Shown one piece after another: positions 50,304 through 61,055 of a DNA stretch of 64,000 nucleotides. Made by a program: the position numbers and the translations under genes. Under the pieces are notes generated by a model, which was given only the letters and a program-made list of their open reading frames with translations, had not been told where the DNA came from and made no database searches. Where the stretch lies: positions 320,001-384,000 of the forward strand of contig OZ243956.1 in NCBI GenBank assembly GCA_965214405.1. The letters are read 5' to 3'. How positions within the stretch are numbered: the first letter of the stretch is position 1; each line of letters begins with the position of its first letter. The DNA is from Trueperaceae bacterium. GTDB lineage: Bacteria; Deinococcota; Deinococci; Deinococcales; Trueperaceae.

Positions 50304-51362
50304 GTGGGAGACCGCACAACCTTACGCGACATCGCCACCAAGGCGGGCGTGTCTCTCACGACGGTGTCGCAAACCCTGAACAATAAAGGGGCGATCTCAA
50401 AGCCGACGCGCAACAGGGTGATGGTGGCGGCTCAGCAGCTCGGCTACCAGCAGCGCGTCATGAACGCGCCGCGCCTCCACGCTCGGCTCGGGATGCTCAC
50501 GATGCTCGTTAAGCGCGACCCCGACGAGAAAGCGCCCAACCCTTTTCACTATTACGTGATGCAGGGCATCGAAGAGCAGTGTCGGCAGCTCGGGTTGGAG
50601 CTGCGGTACTCGAGCATCGGCGTCGACGAAAACAGCCGCGTGCTAGAGCTTCCGTCTGCCGCCGACTTACGCAGCGCGGACGGGTTTCTCATCGTCGGCG
50701 CGGTGGTGGAGGACGGCAGGGCGTTTTTGAGCACGCTCGGGGAGCGCCCGGTGGTGTTTATCAACGGCTACTTGCGCGGCGCGAGTTACGACCGGGTCTG
50801 TATCGACAACCGCGCGGGGGCCTACGACGCGACGGCGTATCTGCTCGAGCAGGGCCACACGCAGGTGGGCTTTGTGGGCGGCGGCGCGCAGGTTCACCCC
50901 AGTATCAACGAGCGGCGCGAGGGGTACCTGAAGGCGCTAGAAGACGCGCGCGTCAGAACCTCCTACTGCGCCGACAGCCTCATTTTGACCCCCGACTACG
51001 CGGCGGAGGCGGCTAAAGGGTTGCTCGAAACCCACCCCACCATCACCGCGCTCGTCGCGGCGAGCGACTATGTGGCGATGGGCATCTACAAAGCCGCGCA
51101 CGCGCTGGGCTTGCAGATACCGCGCGACTTGTCCGTCGTGGGCTTTGACAACCTCCACAGCGTGGCGCACTTGAGCCCGCCGCTGAGCACCATGAACATC
51201 GACAAGGAGTATTTGGGGGCCGCCGCCGTGCGGCACCTCTACGACGCCGCGCCCTTTCTCGAGCGTCCCAAAGTCTCGATCCTCATTAGGCCCGACTTGA
51301 TCCGTCGTCAGTCCGTGTCGCGCCCGGCCAGGAGAAACGGGCGGGCAAGGGGGGACCCATGA
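50304..51362 (+). CDS. LacI-family transcriptional regulator
   Basis: TLRDIA.KAGVS.TTVS.TLN, IPRDLSVVGFD and PPLST motifs. Confidence 0.95.
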   Translation: MGDRTTLRDIATKAGVSLTTVSQTLNNKGAISKPTRNRVMVAAQQLGYQQRVMNAPRLHARLGMLTMLVKRDPDEKAPNPFHYYVMQGIEEQCRQLGLELRYSSIGVDENSRVLELPSAADLRSADGFLIVGAVVEDGRAFLSTLGERPVVFINGYLRGASYDRVCIDNRAGAYDATAYLLEQGHTQVGFVGGGAQVHPSINERREGYLKALEDARVRTSYCADSLILTPDYAAEAAKGLLETHPTITALVAASDYVAMGIYKAAHALGLQIPRDLSVVGFDNLHSVAHLSPPLSTMNIDKEYLGAAAVRHLYDAAPFLERPKVSILIRPDLIRRQSVSRPARRNGRARGDP

Positions 51363-51413
51363 CCTAAGCCGTTTTTTGCCCGTCCACCTCAAACCCATTT
51401 TTTAGGAGGAACC

Positions 51414-52865
51414 GTGAAAAAATCGTCTGCACTTTTAGCCACACTTTTGTGCGCCACCCTGCTCAGCTTGGCGTCCGCCCAGACCACCGTCCAGTATTGG
51501 GACTACTGGGTCACCCAGGGTCCCGCCATCGACGAGATTATCGCCACCTTTGAAGCCGAGCACCCCGACATCGTGATCGAGAAAAACACCATCGGCGGCG
51601 GCCCCTACAACGAATCGCTCAATTTAGCGATGCAGAGCGATTCCGGCCCCGACGTGTTCGTCATCCCCGCGCCCGACGGCAACGGCCTGCAAGGGTTTTT
51701 GAACTACTACGATCAAGGGTACCTCTACAACTTGTCGCAGTTCGACGATGTTGACGCCTTTATGGCGGGTTTCCCCACCCCCGACACGAACTTTGTCGAG
51801 GGCTCGAACATGATCGACGGAAACCTCTACAGCGCGCCTTTCATGGGACCCGCCAAACCTTGGTTGCAGCTTTACGTCAACACCGACCTCTATAGAGAAG
51901 CCGGTCTGGTGGACGCTGACGGCAACCCGGCGCTGCCCACGACCTGGGAAGACTTTATCGCCAACTCGCGCACGGTCACCGAGAGTACCGACGCCTACGG
52001 CACCGGCTTCTCGTTGCAGCAGCCCTGGGCGGCGGGCTGGTGGTACCGCGTGTGCAACTACTCGGGCGTGCCCTACGACAGTACGTTGGCTGCTTTCGAC
52101 TATCGCACGGGCGAATTTACCTTCGCCTCGGATGAGTGTTACCAGACGGTGCTGAGTGATTTGGTGATGATGGCCGACGAAGAACTCATTCACCCCGCCT
52201 CTTTGAGTTTGTCGATTGACGACGAGGGCGCGCGCGCGCTCTTTGCCGAAAACGGCTTCGCGCACCTCGTGGCGGGCGAGTGGGTTATCGCCGGGTGGGA
52301 GCAGACCCACCCCGACTTTACGAGCTACACCGCGACGCACCTGCCCTTCCCCGGCGGCGAACCGGAGAGCTACTTCGGGGCGGGCGTCGGCGGTCAGTGG
52401 TTCGCCGTTAACGCCGACACCGACGTGCCCGAGGCGGCCTGGGAGTTCTTCAAGTTCTTGCACTCGCCCGAAGCGGGCGCGATCTGGGCAAGAAACGGCA
52501 ACGGCCTGGTCTTGAACACGCCGCAGCCCTACGATGAATTTGCCTCCAACGAAGCTTTTGAGTATATCTTTAACTCTTCAGACTTGGTGCGCACGATGCC
52601 CGAACCCACCATCCGCACCCCGGCGCTCGCCGAGGTGCAGCAGACCCTCATAGGCCCCTCCCCCGACGACGTTTTGGTGGGCGTGTTGTCGGGCCAGATC
52701 AGCGACATCGGCGCGGCCTTGGCCGACTTGGACGCCCGTAAGATGCAGGCGCTTACGACCGGCCTCTCCGACGCGCAAGCCGCCGGGGTCGACGTGTCGA
52801 TGGACGACTACTTATTCCCTGACTGGAACCCAACCGAAGACTATGTAACTGAACCGGCCAACTAA
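51414..52865 (+). CDS. sugar ABC transporter substrate-binding protein
   Basis: Signal peptide, FEAEHPDI, GPDVF, YVNTDLY..AGL and PTTWEDF motifs. Confidence 0.9.
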   Translation: MKKSSALLATLLCATLLSLASAQTTVQYWDYWVTQGPAIDEIIATFEAEHPDIVIEKNTIGGGPYNESLNLAMQSDSGPDVFVIPAPDGNGLQGFLNYYDQGYLYNLSQFDDVDAFMAGFPTPDTNFVEGSNMIDGNLYSAPFMGPAKPWLQLYVNTDLYREAGLVDADGNPALPTTWEDFIANSRTVTESTDAYGTGFSLQQPWAAGWWYRVCNYSGVPYDSTLAAFDYRTGEFTFASDECYQTVLSDLVMMADEELIHPASLSLSIDDEGARALFAENGFAHLVAGEWVIAGWEQTHPDFTSYTATHLPFPGGEPESYFGAGVGGQWFAVNADTDVPEAAWEFFKFLHSPEAGAIWARNGNGLVLNTPQPYDEFASNEAFEYIFNSSDLVRTMPEPTIRTPALAEVQQTLIGPSPDDVLVGVLSGQISDIGAALADLDARKMQALTTGLSDAQAAGVDVSMDDYLFPDWNPTEDYVTEPAN

Positions 52866-52872
52866 GCCCGAC

Positions 52873-52905
52873 GACCCGGGCGCGCCGTGACAGCGCGCCC
52901 GGGTC
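52873..52905 (+). other. strong intergenic stem-loop after the SBP gene
   Basis: GACCCGGGCGCGC-N7-GCGCGCCCGGGTC, perfect 13-bp stem, no T tail. Confidence 0.65.
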
Positions 52906-52918
52906 ACCACCCGTCAAG

Positions 52919-54385
52919 GTGACAGCTTCAGAAATGGTTAAAAAAGGTTCTACACGTGAAGAAGGGCCACGAATGAAAAGAACAGCTCACTCTCAGCGCG
53001 CGGTGCCCCAAGAGGCGCGGGTGGGCCGCGTCTGGGATTTTCTCGCGCTCGGCGCGGCGCTCCTCATGGCGACGGCTACTTTTGTTTTACCGTGGCTCGA
53101 GGGCGGCGGCGAGACCTACCGCGCCCCAGACCTCCTGCTGCGCGGCGTAGACCTTCGCCGCGTCGACCACACCCTTATCTTTTTACCGTTTACGGCGAGC
53201 CTGATTGGCCTGTTAGCAGGCGTCGGCGCGGTTCTTTCACCTCCTGACGCCCGCCACTGGAAAGTCTTTTACGTGTGGGGCGGCGGGGCGGCGCTCCTTT
53301 ATTACGGCAACTTCTTTTTCAACAAAGACAACAGCCTGGCGGCGGTAGGCAGCTACGCGCAAACGGGTTTTTATCTCTTTTTTGCCGCCGGGACGCTTCT
53401 TTTTATCCTCGGCCTCATCCCCCGCCGCTTTCCGGCCCTCCCCGAGCACACAAAGCTCCACGAACTCATGCAGAGCAAGCGCTTCTGGGGCGTGTTGTAC
53501 GTGCTGCCGATGGTTATTTTGATGCTGGTGTTTACCATTTACCCGGTTTTTGAGTCCTTGCGCGTGTCGGTTTACAACTGGCGGGGCATCGGCGAGGCCA
53601 CGCAGTTCGTCGGCTTGCGGCACTACTTTACGGTGGCGAACGACCCGCAGTTTTGGAACGCCTTTTGGAACACGGTGCAGTACACCGCGATTCTGGTGCC
53701 CGTCCAGCTCAGCCTGGCGCTCATCTTGGCGCTCGTGCTGGACAACCCGCGGATGCGCTTTCGCACCTTCTACCGCACGCTTTACTTTATGCCCGTGGTG
53801 ACCACGCTGGCGATCGTCGCCATCGTGATGCGGCTTCTTTATCAGTCGGGGGGCACGGCCATGACGTCTATTTTTGTGCCGTGGCTCTTAGAGAAACCCG
53901 TCAACCCCATCGGCAACCCCGACACCTCGATGCTGGCGGTCACGGCCTTTGGCACCTGGTATTCGTTCGGCATCAACCTGGTCTACTTTATGGCGGCCCT
54001 GGCGACCGTCCCAAGTCAGCTTTACGACGCCGCCGAGGTGGACGGCGCGAGCTGGTTCCAGCGCGTGTGGCACATCACCCTGCCGAGCATCCGACCGGTC
54101 GCGGTGATCATTCTATTCTTCGCGATCTTGGGCAGCCTCAAGGTGTGGGAGCAGTCGTTCGTGTTGACCGGGGGCGGGCCTTTCTTTTCCAGCGAAGTCG
54201 TGAACGGTTACATCTACCGCTACGCCTTTGGCTCGGGGGGCCTGGGCGGCTCGGCGTCGCAGCCCAACATCGGCTTCGCCTCGGCGGCGGGCTTTCTGAT
54301 GAGCATGTTGGTTTTAGCCATCACGCTGGTGCAGCTTGCGGTCAACCGCTTCGTCCTCAACCGTGACTCGGGGGTAGAGAAATGA
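52919..54385 (+). CDS. carbohydrate ABC permease with N-terminal membrane extension
   Basis: LYDAAEVDGASWFQR..HITLP motif. Start may be at 52973. Confidence 0.88.
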   Translation: MTASEMVKKGSTREEGPRMKRTAHSQRAVPQEARVGRVWDFLALGAALLMATATFVLPWLEGGGETYRAPDLLLRGVDLRRVDHTLIFLPFTASLIGLLAGVGAVLSPPDARHWKVFYVWGGGAALLYYGNFFFNKDNSLAAVGSYAQTGFYLFFAAGTLLFILGLIPRRFPALPEHTKLHELMQSKRFWGVLYVLPMVILMLVFTIYPVFESLRVSVYNWRGIGEATQFVGLRHYFTVANDPQFWNAFWNTVQYTAILVPVQLSLALILALVLDNPRMRFRTFYRTLYFMPVVTTLAIVAIVMRLLYQSGGTAMTSIFVPWLLEKPVNPIGNPDTSMLAVTAFGTWYSFGINLVYFMAALATVPSQLYDAAEVDGASWFQRVWHITLPSIRPVAVIILFFAILGSLKVWEQSFVLTGGGPFFSSEVVNGYIYRYAFGSGGLGGSASQPNIGFASAAGFLMSMLVLAITLVQLAVNRFVLNRDSGVEK

Positions 54386-55242
54386 ACGCGAAATTTCCTT
54401 TTGAAAGGCTCTTAAGCGGCTCCGGGCGCGCGCTCATCCACGTGGTTCTGCTCGGTATCGGCGCTATTTACATTTTCCCTTTCCTCTGGATGCTGGGCAC
54501 GTCGCTCAAGACGCCGGGAGAGTTTTTTTCCTTGGGTCTGCGGCCTATTCCCAAAGGCGAATGGCAGTGGTCGAACTTTACTGAAGCGTGGGTGACGGCG
54601 AACTTCGGGCAATACTTTCTCAACACGGCGCTTTTGGCCGTCAGCGTGACCGCGCTCGTGGTGGTTTTAACCGCGATGGCGGCTTACGCGTTGTCGAGGC
54701 TCAACGTGCCCTTCAAGCCCGTTATTTTGGGCGCGGTTTTCTTAACCTTCTTCTTGCCGTCGGGCATCTTCAATATCATCCCAATCTACGACATCGTTCA
54801 AAACTTAGGGCTCTTAAACTCCTTGGGCGCGCCCATTTTGGTTCTCACCGGGGGGCAGATGGTCTTTAACACGCTGCTCTTTTACGGTTACATGCGCACC
54901 ATGCCTCACGAGATTGAGGAGGCCGCCATCATCGACGGGGCGAGCGTCCACCAGCGCTTTCGCTACGTGGTCTTGCCGATGGCGGGGCCGATGGTGGCGA
55001 CGGTGGGACTGTTTACCTTTATCAACACCTGGAACGACTTTTTTGTGCCGCTCGTGTTTACGCTCTCAAGACCCGAACTGCGCACCCTGGCCGTCGGCAT
55101 GTACGCCTTTGTGGGCGACGCCAGCCGCCAATGGACGCTCCTTTGCGCGGGCGCGACCATCAGCATTTTGCCCATCATCTTCGTGTTCATCTTGCTGCAA
55201 GACCGGTTTACCGAGGCGTTTGCGGGGGCGGTGAAGACATAA
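54382..55242 (+). CDS. carbohydrate ABC permease (MalG-like)
   Basis: MPHEIEEAAIIDGAS and WNDFF.PL motifs. ATGA overlap with the upstream gene. Confidence 0.92.
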   Translation: MNAKFPFERLLSGSGRALIHVVLLGIGAIYIFPFLWMLGTSLKTPGEFFSLGLRPIPKGEWQWSNFTEAWVTANFGQYFLNTALLAVSVTALVVVLTAMAAYALSRLNVPFKPVILGAVFLTFFLPSGIFNIIPIYDIVQNLGLLNSLGAPILVLTGGQMVFNTLLFYGYMRTMPHEIEEAAIIDGASVHQRFRYVVLPMAGPMVATVGLFTFINTWNDFFVPLVFTLSRPELRTLAVGMYAFVGDASRQWTLLCAGATISILPIIFVFILLQDRFTEAFAGAVKT

Positions 55243-55439
55243 AAGCCGGGGACTTGGCAGCTTCGGTGTCTTTAACCAGTCTTTACACGCCTCGAGCGCC
55301 ACATGACTGAGCCAGCCCCGAATGACGCCTGCTCGAGCCGACAAACAGGGGGTAATAAACCGTGTAGAACGCTTCACAACGAGCTTTTCCAAAATTTCAT
55401 TGATGCAAATCACGCGACTCACAAAGAGAGGAACAAACC

Positions 55440-56105
55440 GTGAAACATAACCCGCTACTGACCTGTGGATTGACACTCCTTCTCCTTATCGGCTTCGCCG
55501 CGACCGCCCAAGACGCCACCGTCACCGTCCCCAAACTTTCAGGCGTCACCGTGGACGGCGACCTGTCCGATTGGCTAGACGCGACGCCCCTCACCGTCGA
55601 CAGCAGCATGACCGCCGACGCGACCGATGTGGCGGACGACGACGACCTCAGTATGACCGTCTACACCGGCTATGACGACACGCACTTCTATATGGGCGCT
55701 GAGATTACCGACGACGCGCTCGTCTTTGAGAAGTCGGGCGACGCGATTGCCGACAACGACGCTGTCGAGTTTTGGCTCAACGCCAACCAGTACGGCGTGG
55801 CCTTGGTCGAGGGGCAGCCGGTGTTGCACCAGTGGCTCTTTTCGGGGAGTGAGAGCGACTTGTCCGGCGCGGAGGTCGCCTTTGAATATACCGACGCGGG
55901 GTACATCATCGAGGTGAGCGTGCCCTTGGAGGTCTTGGCTGGCGCCACCGAGACGAACGCGCAGGCGGGGACAACGTTCCCCTTCGCGGTCGGCGCGGAC
56001 GACGCCGACGAAGAGGGCGGCGCGCGCTTGGGTCAGGTTTACTACCCCACCACCTGGACCTGGAACGAGCCGGACACCTACGCGACGGCCACCTTAGGCG
56101 AGTAA
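55440..56105 (+). CDS. secreted CBM9/DOMON-like sugar-binding protein
   Basis: Signal peptide, VDGDLSDW, YD...FY.GAEITDD, DAVEFW, GY.IEV.VP and D.D motifs. Confidence 0.8.
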   Translation: MKHNPLLTCGLTLLLLIGFAATAQDATVTVPKLSGVTVDGDLSDWLDATPLTVDSSMTADATDVADDDDLSMTVYTGYDDTHFYMGAEITDDALVFEKSGDAIADNDAVEFWLNANQYGVALVEGQPVLHQWLFSGSESDLSGAEVAFEYTDAGYIIEVSVPLEVLAGATETNAQAGTTFPFAVGADDADEEGGARLGQVYYPTTWTWNEPDTYATATLGE

Positions 56106-56106
56106 G

Positions 56107-58908
56107 ATGCGGACCTTTGCCTTTAACCGAGTCATCTTCAACAGGACCAGCGGCGCACGCCGCTGGCTCCTGGTCACCCTATGTTGCCTCTTTATCCTGC
56201 CGCACGGTTTGGCGCAAGAAGACGCAGTCTCGAGTGATTTTGAAACGCAGGCCGAGGGTTGGAACGTGACGCTGCTCAACGACGCGGCGGCGCAGGGGAG
56301 CGCAACAAACGGCGAATACTGTCTGGACGTGACAAACGGCGGGCCGGACGTGTGGAGCGTGCAGCTTGAACACGGAGGGTTTGGTTTGGAGTCCGGCCAG
56401 ACCTACACCCTGTCTTTTGACGCCTACGCCTCGAGGGAGCGCGGTTTACGCGTCGCCGTGGGCGCGGTGGATTCGTCCGACAACGCTTACGGGGAAAGCT
56501 TAGACCTCACCACCGACAAACAAACCTTTACGAACACCTTTACCGCCGAGGACGGCGCGGCAGAGGCCGACCTCACCTTCTACAGCGGGGGCAAACGCGG
56601 CGAAGAGCATAGGGCGGCGACGGTTTGTTTCGACAACGTGAGTTTGAGTGCGGGCGCGGTCGAGGTGGGCGAAAACCTCCTCCAGAATCCGGGCTTCGGC
56701 GAGGGCGACGTGGGTTGGTCGCTCGGGGCCGACGCGCCCGCCGAGGCGAGCGGCGACGTTTCCGACGGGGCCTACTGCGCCGCCGTCAATGCGAGCGGGG
56801 AAAACCCCTGGAACGTCGCGCTGCGTCAGGCGGAACTGAACGTCGAGAGCGGCAAAACCTACACCCTCTCGTTTGACGCCTACGCCGACAAACCCGCTCA
56901 GGTCGGGGTGAAAATCGGTCAAACGCGCGAGCCTTATACCGAATACTTTTACCAGGCGCAAGCTATCGGCACCGAGCCGCAAACCTACACCCTGGACGCC
57001 GAGATGACCGCGAGCGATCCGGCGGCGCAGCTCGAGCTTTTCCTGGGCGGCCCCCTGAACCCGGACACCCCGGTGACTGTCTGCTTCGACAACTTCACCC
57101 TGGCTGAGGTCACGGTAACGGGTAACGCGCGCGAGATTCCTTACATCATGGTCGACCAGTTCGGCTACCGCCCTAATGACACCAAGGTCGCGGTGCTCAT
57201 CGACCCGCAAGAAGGCTTTAACGCCGAGGATGAATATGTGCCGGGGGATGTGCTCGAGGTCCGGAAGGTTGACGGCGACGAAACCGTCTTCTCCGGCGCT
57301 CCCGAAGCCTGGCAGGGCGGGGCGGTGCAAGAAACCTCCGGCGACCGGGGCTGGTGGTTCGACTTTTCCGAGGTGAGCGAGCCGGGGAGCTACTACGTTT
57401 ACGACGTCGAAAAAGACGCGCGTTCTTACGAGTTTGAGGTTGCCGAGGACGTTTACAACGAGGTGTTAAAAACCGCCACGCGCATGTTTTATTACAACCG
57501 CGCCAACATGGCGAAAGAAGAGCCCTTCGCCGACCCCCGCTGGACGGACGAGGTCTCGTTTATGGGTCCGGGTCAGGACACCGAGGCGCGCTTTGTTGAG
57601 GACAAAGAGAACCCAGACACCGCTCGAGACCTCTCCGGCGGCTGGTTCGACGCGGGCGACTACAACAAATACGTGACTTTCGCGCAAACGCCCGTCCACA
57701 TGCTGCTGACCGCTTATGAGCAGACCCCCGACGCTTTCACCGACGACTTCAACATCCCCGAATCGGGCAACGGGCTTCCCGACCTCATAGACGAACTTCT
57801 GTGGGAATTTGACTGGCTCAAAAAGATGCAAGTCGAGGACGGCGGCGTCATTATTAAAGTGGGCAACATCGACTACAACAGCGTCTCGCCCCCCTCACAA
57901 GACCCGCGGCCCCGCTACTACGCGCCCGTCTGCTCCTCGTCGAGCATCGCCGCTGCCAGCATGTTCGCGCACGGGGCGCTCGTGTTCGGAGGGTTTGAGG
58001 AGCTGGCAGACTACGCCGCTGATTTGGAGGGCCGCGCGGTGCGCGCCTACGACTGGTACGTGAACAACCCCCGCCGCGAAGACTGCGACACGGGTGAGAT
58101 TAAAGCGGGCGACGCCGACCTGACGTTGATCCAGCAAGACGCGACTCAGGCGGTGGCCGCCGTGTACCTCTACGCCCTCACGGGTGAGCAGGTGTATCAG
58201 GAGGCGCTCGAGAACACCTACCGGACGACTCGAGCCTTTAGCGACAGCGACGCGCTCAGGTGGTCGATGTACAACCCCGACCAGGGCGACGCGCTGCTGT
58301 ACTACACGACTTTAGAGGACGCCGACGCTGAGCTCGCGCAGACGATTTTGGACGCGAAGCAAGAGCAAGCCACTTTGACCTCCGCCGAACTTTACGGATT
58401 CCAGCCCGACCAGGACCTCTACCGCGCTTTCCTTCCCGAGACGTCCTACCACTGGGGCAGCAACTTCGTCCGCTCGGCATTAGGCAACACCAACCTCGAC
58501 ATGCTCCACTACGACTTGAACGCCGGTGCAGGAGAGAGTTACCGAAAGAGAGCCTTGGGCATCGTTCACTACTTCCACGGCGTTAACCCCCTCAACATGG
58601 TTTACCTAACGAATATGGTTGAATACGGCGCGGAGTATTCGGCCAACGAAATCTGGCACGACTGGTTCCACGACGGCTCTGTCTGGGACGACGCGCTCAC
58701 CTCGGAACGGGGTCCGGCGCCAGGCTACGTGCCAGGTGGCCCGAACGCGGCTTACTCGGGTCAAGCCGCGCCCCCCGTGGGTGAGCCCGCGCAAAAGGTC
58801 TACCGCGACTGGAACACCGGCTCCGGCTTGCCCTGGGAAATCACCGAGCCCGCTATCTATTACCAGGCGGCGTACGTTAAGCTGTTGTCGAACTTCGTGG
58901 CGAAGTAA
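56107..58908 (+). CDS. secreted GH9 glycoside hydrolase with two CBM4-like modules and an Ig-like domain
   Basis: Two G.TYTLSFDAYA...VCFDN modules, VDQFGY (Ig), DLSGGWFDAGDYNKY and C-terminal EPAIYYQA. Confidence 0.9.
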   Translation: MRTFAFNRVIFNRTSGARRWLLVTLCCLFILPHGLAQEDAVSSDFETQAEGWNVTLLNDAAAQGSATNGEYCLDVTNGGPDVWSVQLEHGGFGLESGQTYTLSFDAYASRERGLRVAVGAVDSSDNAYGESLDLTTDKQTFTNTFTAEDGAAEADLTFYSGGKRGEEHRAATVCFDNVSLSAGAVEVGENLLQNPGFGEGDVGWSLGADAPAEASGDVSDGAYCAAVNASGENPWNVALRQAELNVESGKTYTLSFDAYADKPAQVGVKIGQTREPYTEYFYQAQAIGTEPQTYTLDAEMTASDPAAQLELFLGGPLNPDTPVTVCFDNFTLAEVTVTGNAREIPYIMVDQFGYRPNDTKVAVLIDPQEGFNAEDEYVPGDVLEVRKVDGDETVFSGAPEAWQGGAVQETSGDRGWWFDFSEVSEPGSYYVYDVEKDARSYEFEVAEDVYNEVLKTATRMFYYNRANMAKEEPFADPRWTDEVSFMGPGQDTEARFVEDKENPDTARDLSGGWFDAGDYNKYVTFAQTPVHMLLTAYEQTPDAFTDDFNIPESGNGLPDLIDELLWEFDWLKKMQVEDGGVIIKVGNIDYNSVSPPSQDPRPRYYAPVCSSSSIAAASMFAHGALVFGGFEELADYAADLEGRAVRAYDWYVNNPRREDCDTGEIKAGDADLTLIQQDATQAVAAVYLYALTGEQVYQEALENTYRTTRAFSDSDALRWSMYNPDQGDALLYYTTLEDADAELAQTILDAKQEQATLTSAELYGFQPDQDLYRAFLPETSYHWGSNFVRSALGNTNLDMLHYDLNAGAGESYRKRALGIVHYFHGVNPLNMVYLTNMVEYGAEYSANEIWHDWFHDGSVWDDALTSERGPAPGYVPGGPNAAYSGQAAPPVGEPAQKVYRDWNTGSGLPWEITEPAIYYQAAYVKLLSNFVAK

Positions 58909-59049
58909 CGTGGAGTGCAGCAGGTGTCACTCTGAGCAAGATTCGGCCTGCACAAGACGATACCTGCTGTGACACCTGGTTGTGACACTTGATGCAGTCG
59001 AAACCCGCTATGAAACTTTCAGGAGACCTACACGTGCGTAAAGAAGCTT

Positions 59050-60159
59050 ATGAGTAAAGACACCTACAAAGTCGGGCTGATTGGCTGCGGCACCATCTCG
59101 GACGCCTATATCAGGGGCTTGCGGGTGTTCCCGTGGCTCGAGGTAACCGCCCTGAGCGACATCGACCTGGGCCGCGCCGAGGCCAAGGCAGAAAAGTACG
59201 GCGTCGCCAAAGGCTATTCGGTCGAAGAATTTTTGGCCGATGACGCGGTTGACATCGCCATCAACCTGACCGTCCCCACCGTCCACGCCGAGGTGAGTTT
59301 GAACGCGCTTCATGCGGGCAAGCACGTCTACAGCGAGAAGCCTCTGGCGATCACGTGCGAGGACGGCAAGGCGATGCTTGACGCGGCGGAGGCCAAGAAC
59401 TTACGCCTCGGCTGCGCCCCAGACACCTTTATGGGCGGCGGCATCCAGACCTGCCGCCAGCTTTTAGACGAGGGCGCGATTGGCGAGCCGCTCTCGGCGA
59501 GCGCGTTTATGCTCGGTCACGGCGTCGAGACCTGGCACCCGAGCCCGTTCTTTTTCTTCCAGTACGGCGGGCATCCTCTGTTTGACATGGGACCCTACTA
59601 CCTCACCGCGCTCATCAACCTGCTTGGCCCCGTGGGGTCGGTCGTCGGCATGACCACGACGGGGATACCGGAGCGCACCGTCTCGAGCGAGCCCCACGCG
59701 GGCACGGTGATTACGGTGGACGCGCCGGTCCACGCGACGGCGCTGTTAGAGCTGGCCTCCGGCAAACCTGTCACCATGATCGTCAGCGGCGAGGTGGTCG
59801 CCTCGGACCTGCCCCGCATCGAAATTTACGGCAGCGAGGGGACTTTAAGCGTGCCCGACCCCAACACCTTTGACGGCCCGGTGCGCCTCAAGAAAAAGGG
59901 CGATAAAACCTGGCAAGACGTGCCGCTTACGCACAGCTACTCCGGCTACGACCGTGGTTTAGGCGTGGCCGACATGGCCTACGCCCTGCGCTCCGGTAGA
60001 CCCCACCGCGCCAGCGGGAGGTTGGCGTACCACGTGTTAGACACGCTACAGTCCGTCCAGGACGCCTCGGACGCGCGGCGCTTTGTCGAGGTAACGAGCA
60101 CCTGCGAGCGCCCCGCCCCCTTGCCGCCGGGTTTGCAAGTGGGCGAGCTGGACGATTAG
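59050..60159 (+). CDS. Gfo/Idh/MocA oxidoreductase
   Basis: GLIGCGTIS, AGKHVYSEKP, GCAPDTF.G and FDMGPYY motifs. Confidence 0.92.
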   Translation: MSKDTYKVGLIGCGTISDAYIRGLRVFPWLEVTALSDIDLGRAEAKAEKYGVAKGYSVEEFLADDAVDIAINLTVPTVHAEVSLNALHAGKHVYSEKPLAITCEDGKAMLDAAEAKNLRLGCAPDTFMGGGIQTCRQLLDEGAIGEPLSASAFMLGHGVETWHPSPFFFFQYGGHPLFDMGPYYLTALINLLGPVGSVVGMTTTGIPERTVSSEPHAGTVITVDAPVHATALLELASGKPVTMIVSGEVVASDLPRIEIYGSEGTLSVPDPNTFDGPVRLKKKGDKTWQDVPLTHSYSGYDRGLGVADMAYALRSGRPHRASGRLAYHVLDTLQSVQDASDARRFVEVTSTCERPAPLPPGLQVGELDD

Positions 60160-60202
60160 CTGGGTGTCAAACTCAAACTTTAGTGACCTTTAGGAGCCAT
60201 AT

Positions 60203-60952
60203 ATGACTTATCCCTTAGCCGTACAACTTTACACCCTCCGGCACCTTTCAGACGACGTGAGTGAACTTATCAAAGTTTCCGCCGACGCAGGATACGCGGG
60301 CGTCGAAGGGGGCTACGGTCCCGACATGAACGCCGAAGAACTCAGGAAGGTGCTGAACGAAAATAACGTGAAGATGGTTTCGGCGCACGTGATGGTGGAC
60401 ACCCTCGAGGACGACCTAAACAGCGCCGTCGCCTTTCAGAAAACTTTGGGCAACGACACCCTCATCATCCCCTGGATAAGCGACGCGAACTATAGCGACA
60501 GCGCGGAGAGTTGGCAAAAACTGGGCGAGCGTTTCAACAAAATCGCGCAGCAGGCTAAAGTCGAGGAAATGACGCTGCTTTACCACAACCATTCTTTCGA
60601 GTTTGGCGAGTACGGGGGCAAGCTGGGTTTGGAGCACCTCTTAGACAGCGCGCCCGACTTGGGGCTCGAGCTGGATATCGGCTGGTGCCAACAAGGCGGC
60701 GTTGACCCGCTGCCGCTTTTGGACAAGTACGCCGGTCGCGTGAGGCGCGTTCACGTTAAAGACCGCGCGCCGGAGGGTGAGAACGTCGACCAGGATGGTT
60801 GGGCGGATGTGGGTCACGGCGTGATTGATTGGCCGCCGCTGCTCGAAGCCGCCAGGGACGCCGGGGCCGAGTGGTTTGTGGTCGAGCACGACACGCCCGC
60901 CGACCCGGTGCGGACGATTCGGCGCAGTTTCGACTATCTCGAGACGCTTTGA
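60203..60952 (+). CDS. sugar phosphate isomerase/epimerase (xylose-isomerase-like TIM barrel)
   Basis: QLYTLR, YHNH..EF, ELDIGW, HVKD, VG.G.IDW and VEHD motifs. Confidence 0.9.
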   Translation: MTYPLAVQLYTLRHLSDDVSELIKVSADAGYAGVEGGYGPDMNAEELRKVLNENNVKMVSAHVMVDTLEDDLNSAVAFQKTLGNDTLIIPWISDANYSDSAESWQKLGERFNKIAQQAKVEEMTLLYHNHSFEFGEYGGKLGLEHLLDSAPDLGLELDIGWCQQGGVDPLPLLDKYAGRVRRVHVKDRAPEGENVDQDGWADVGHGVIDWPPLLEAARDAGAEWFVVEHDTPADPVRTIRRSFDYLETL

Positions 60953-61055
60953 GCGCCCCTGCGGCGCGAAACTCTTAGGCCTGGGTGCCGGGGTAATGAG
61001 CCGCGGCTGGAACGGTTTGGTTGACGTAAACGTGTGGGCGGCTGAGGTGGCGTGA

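Noticed and set aside
56107..58908. GH9 as a cellulosomal partner of the cohesin-like protein
   Set aside because: It has no dockerin repeat and lies 16 kb away in a separately regulated locus.
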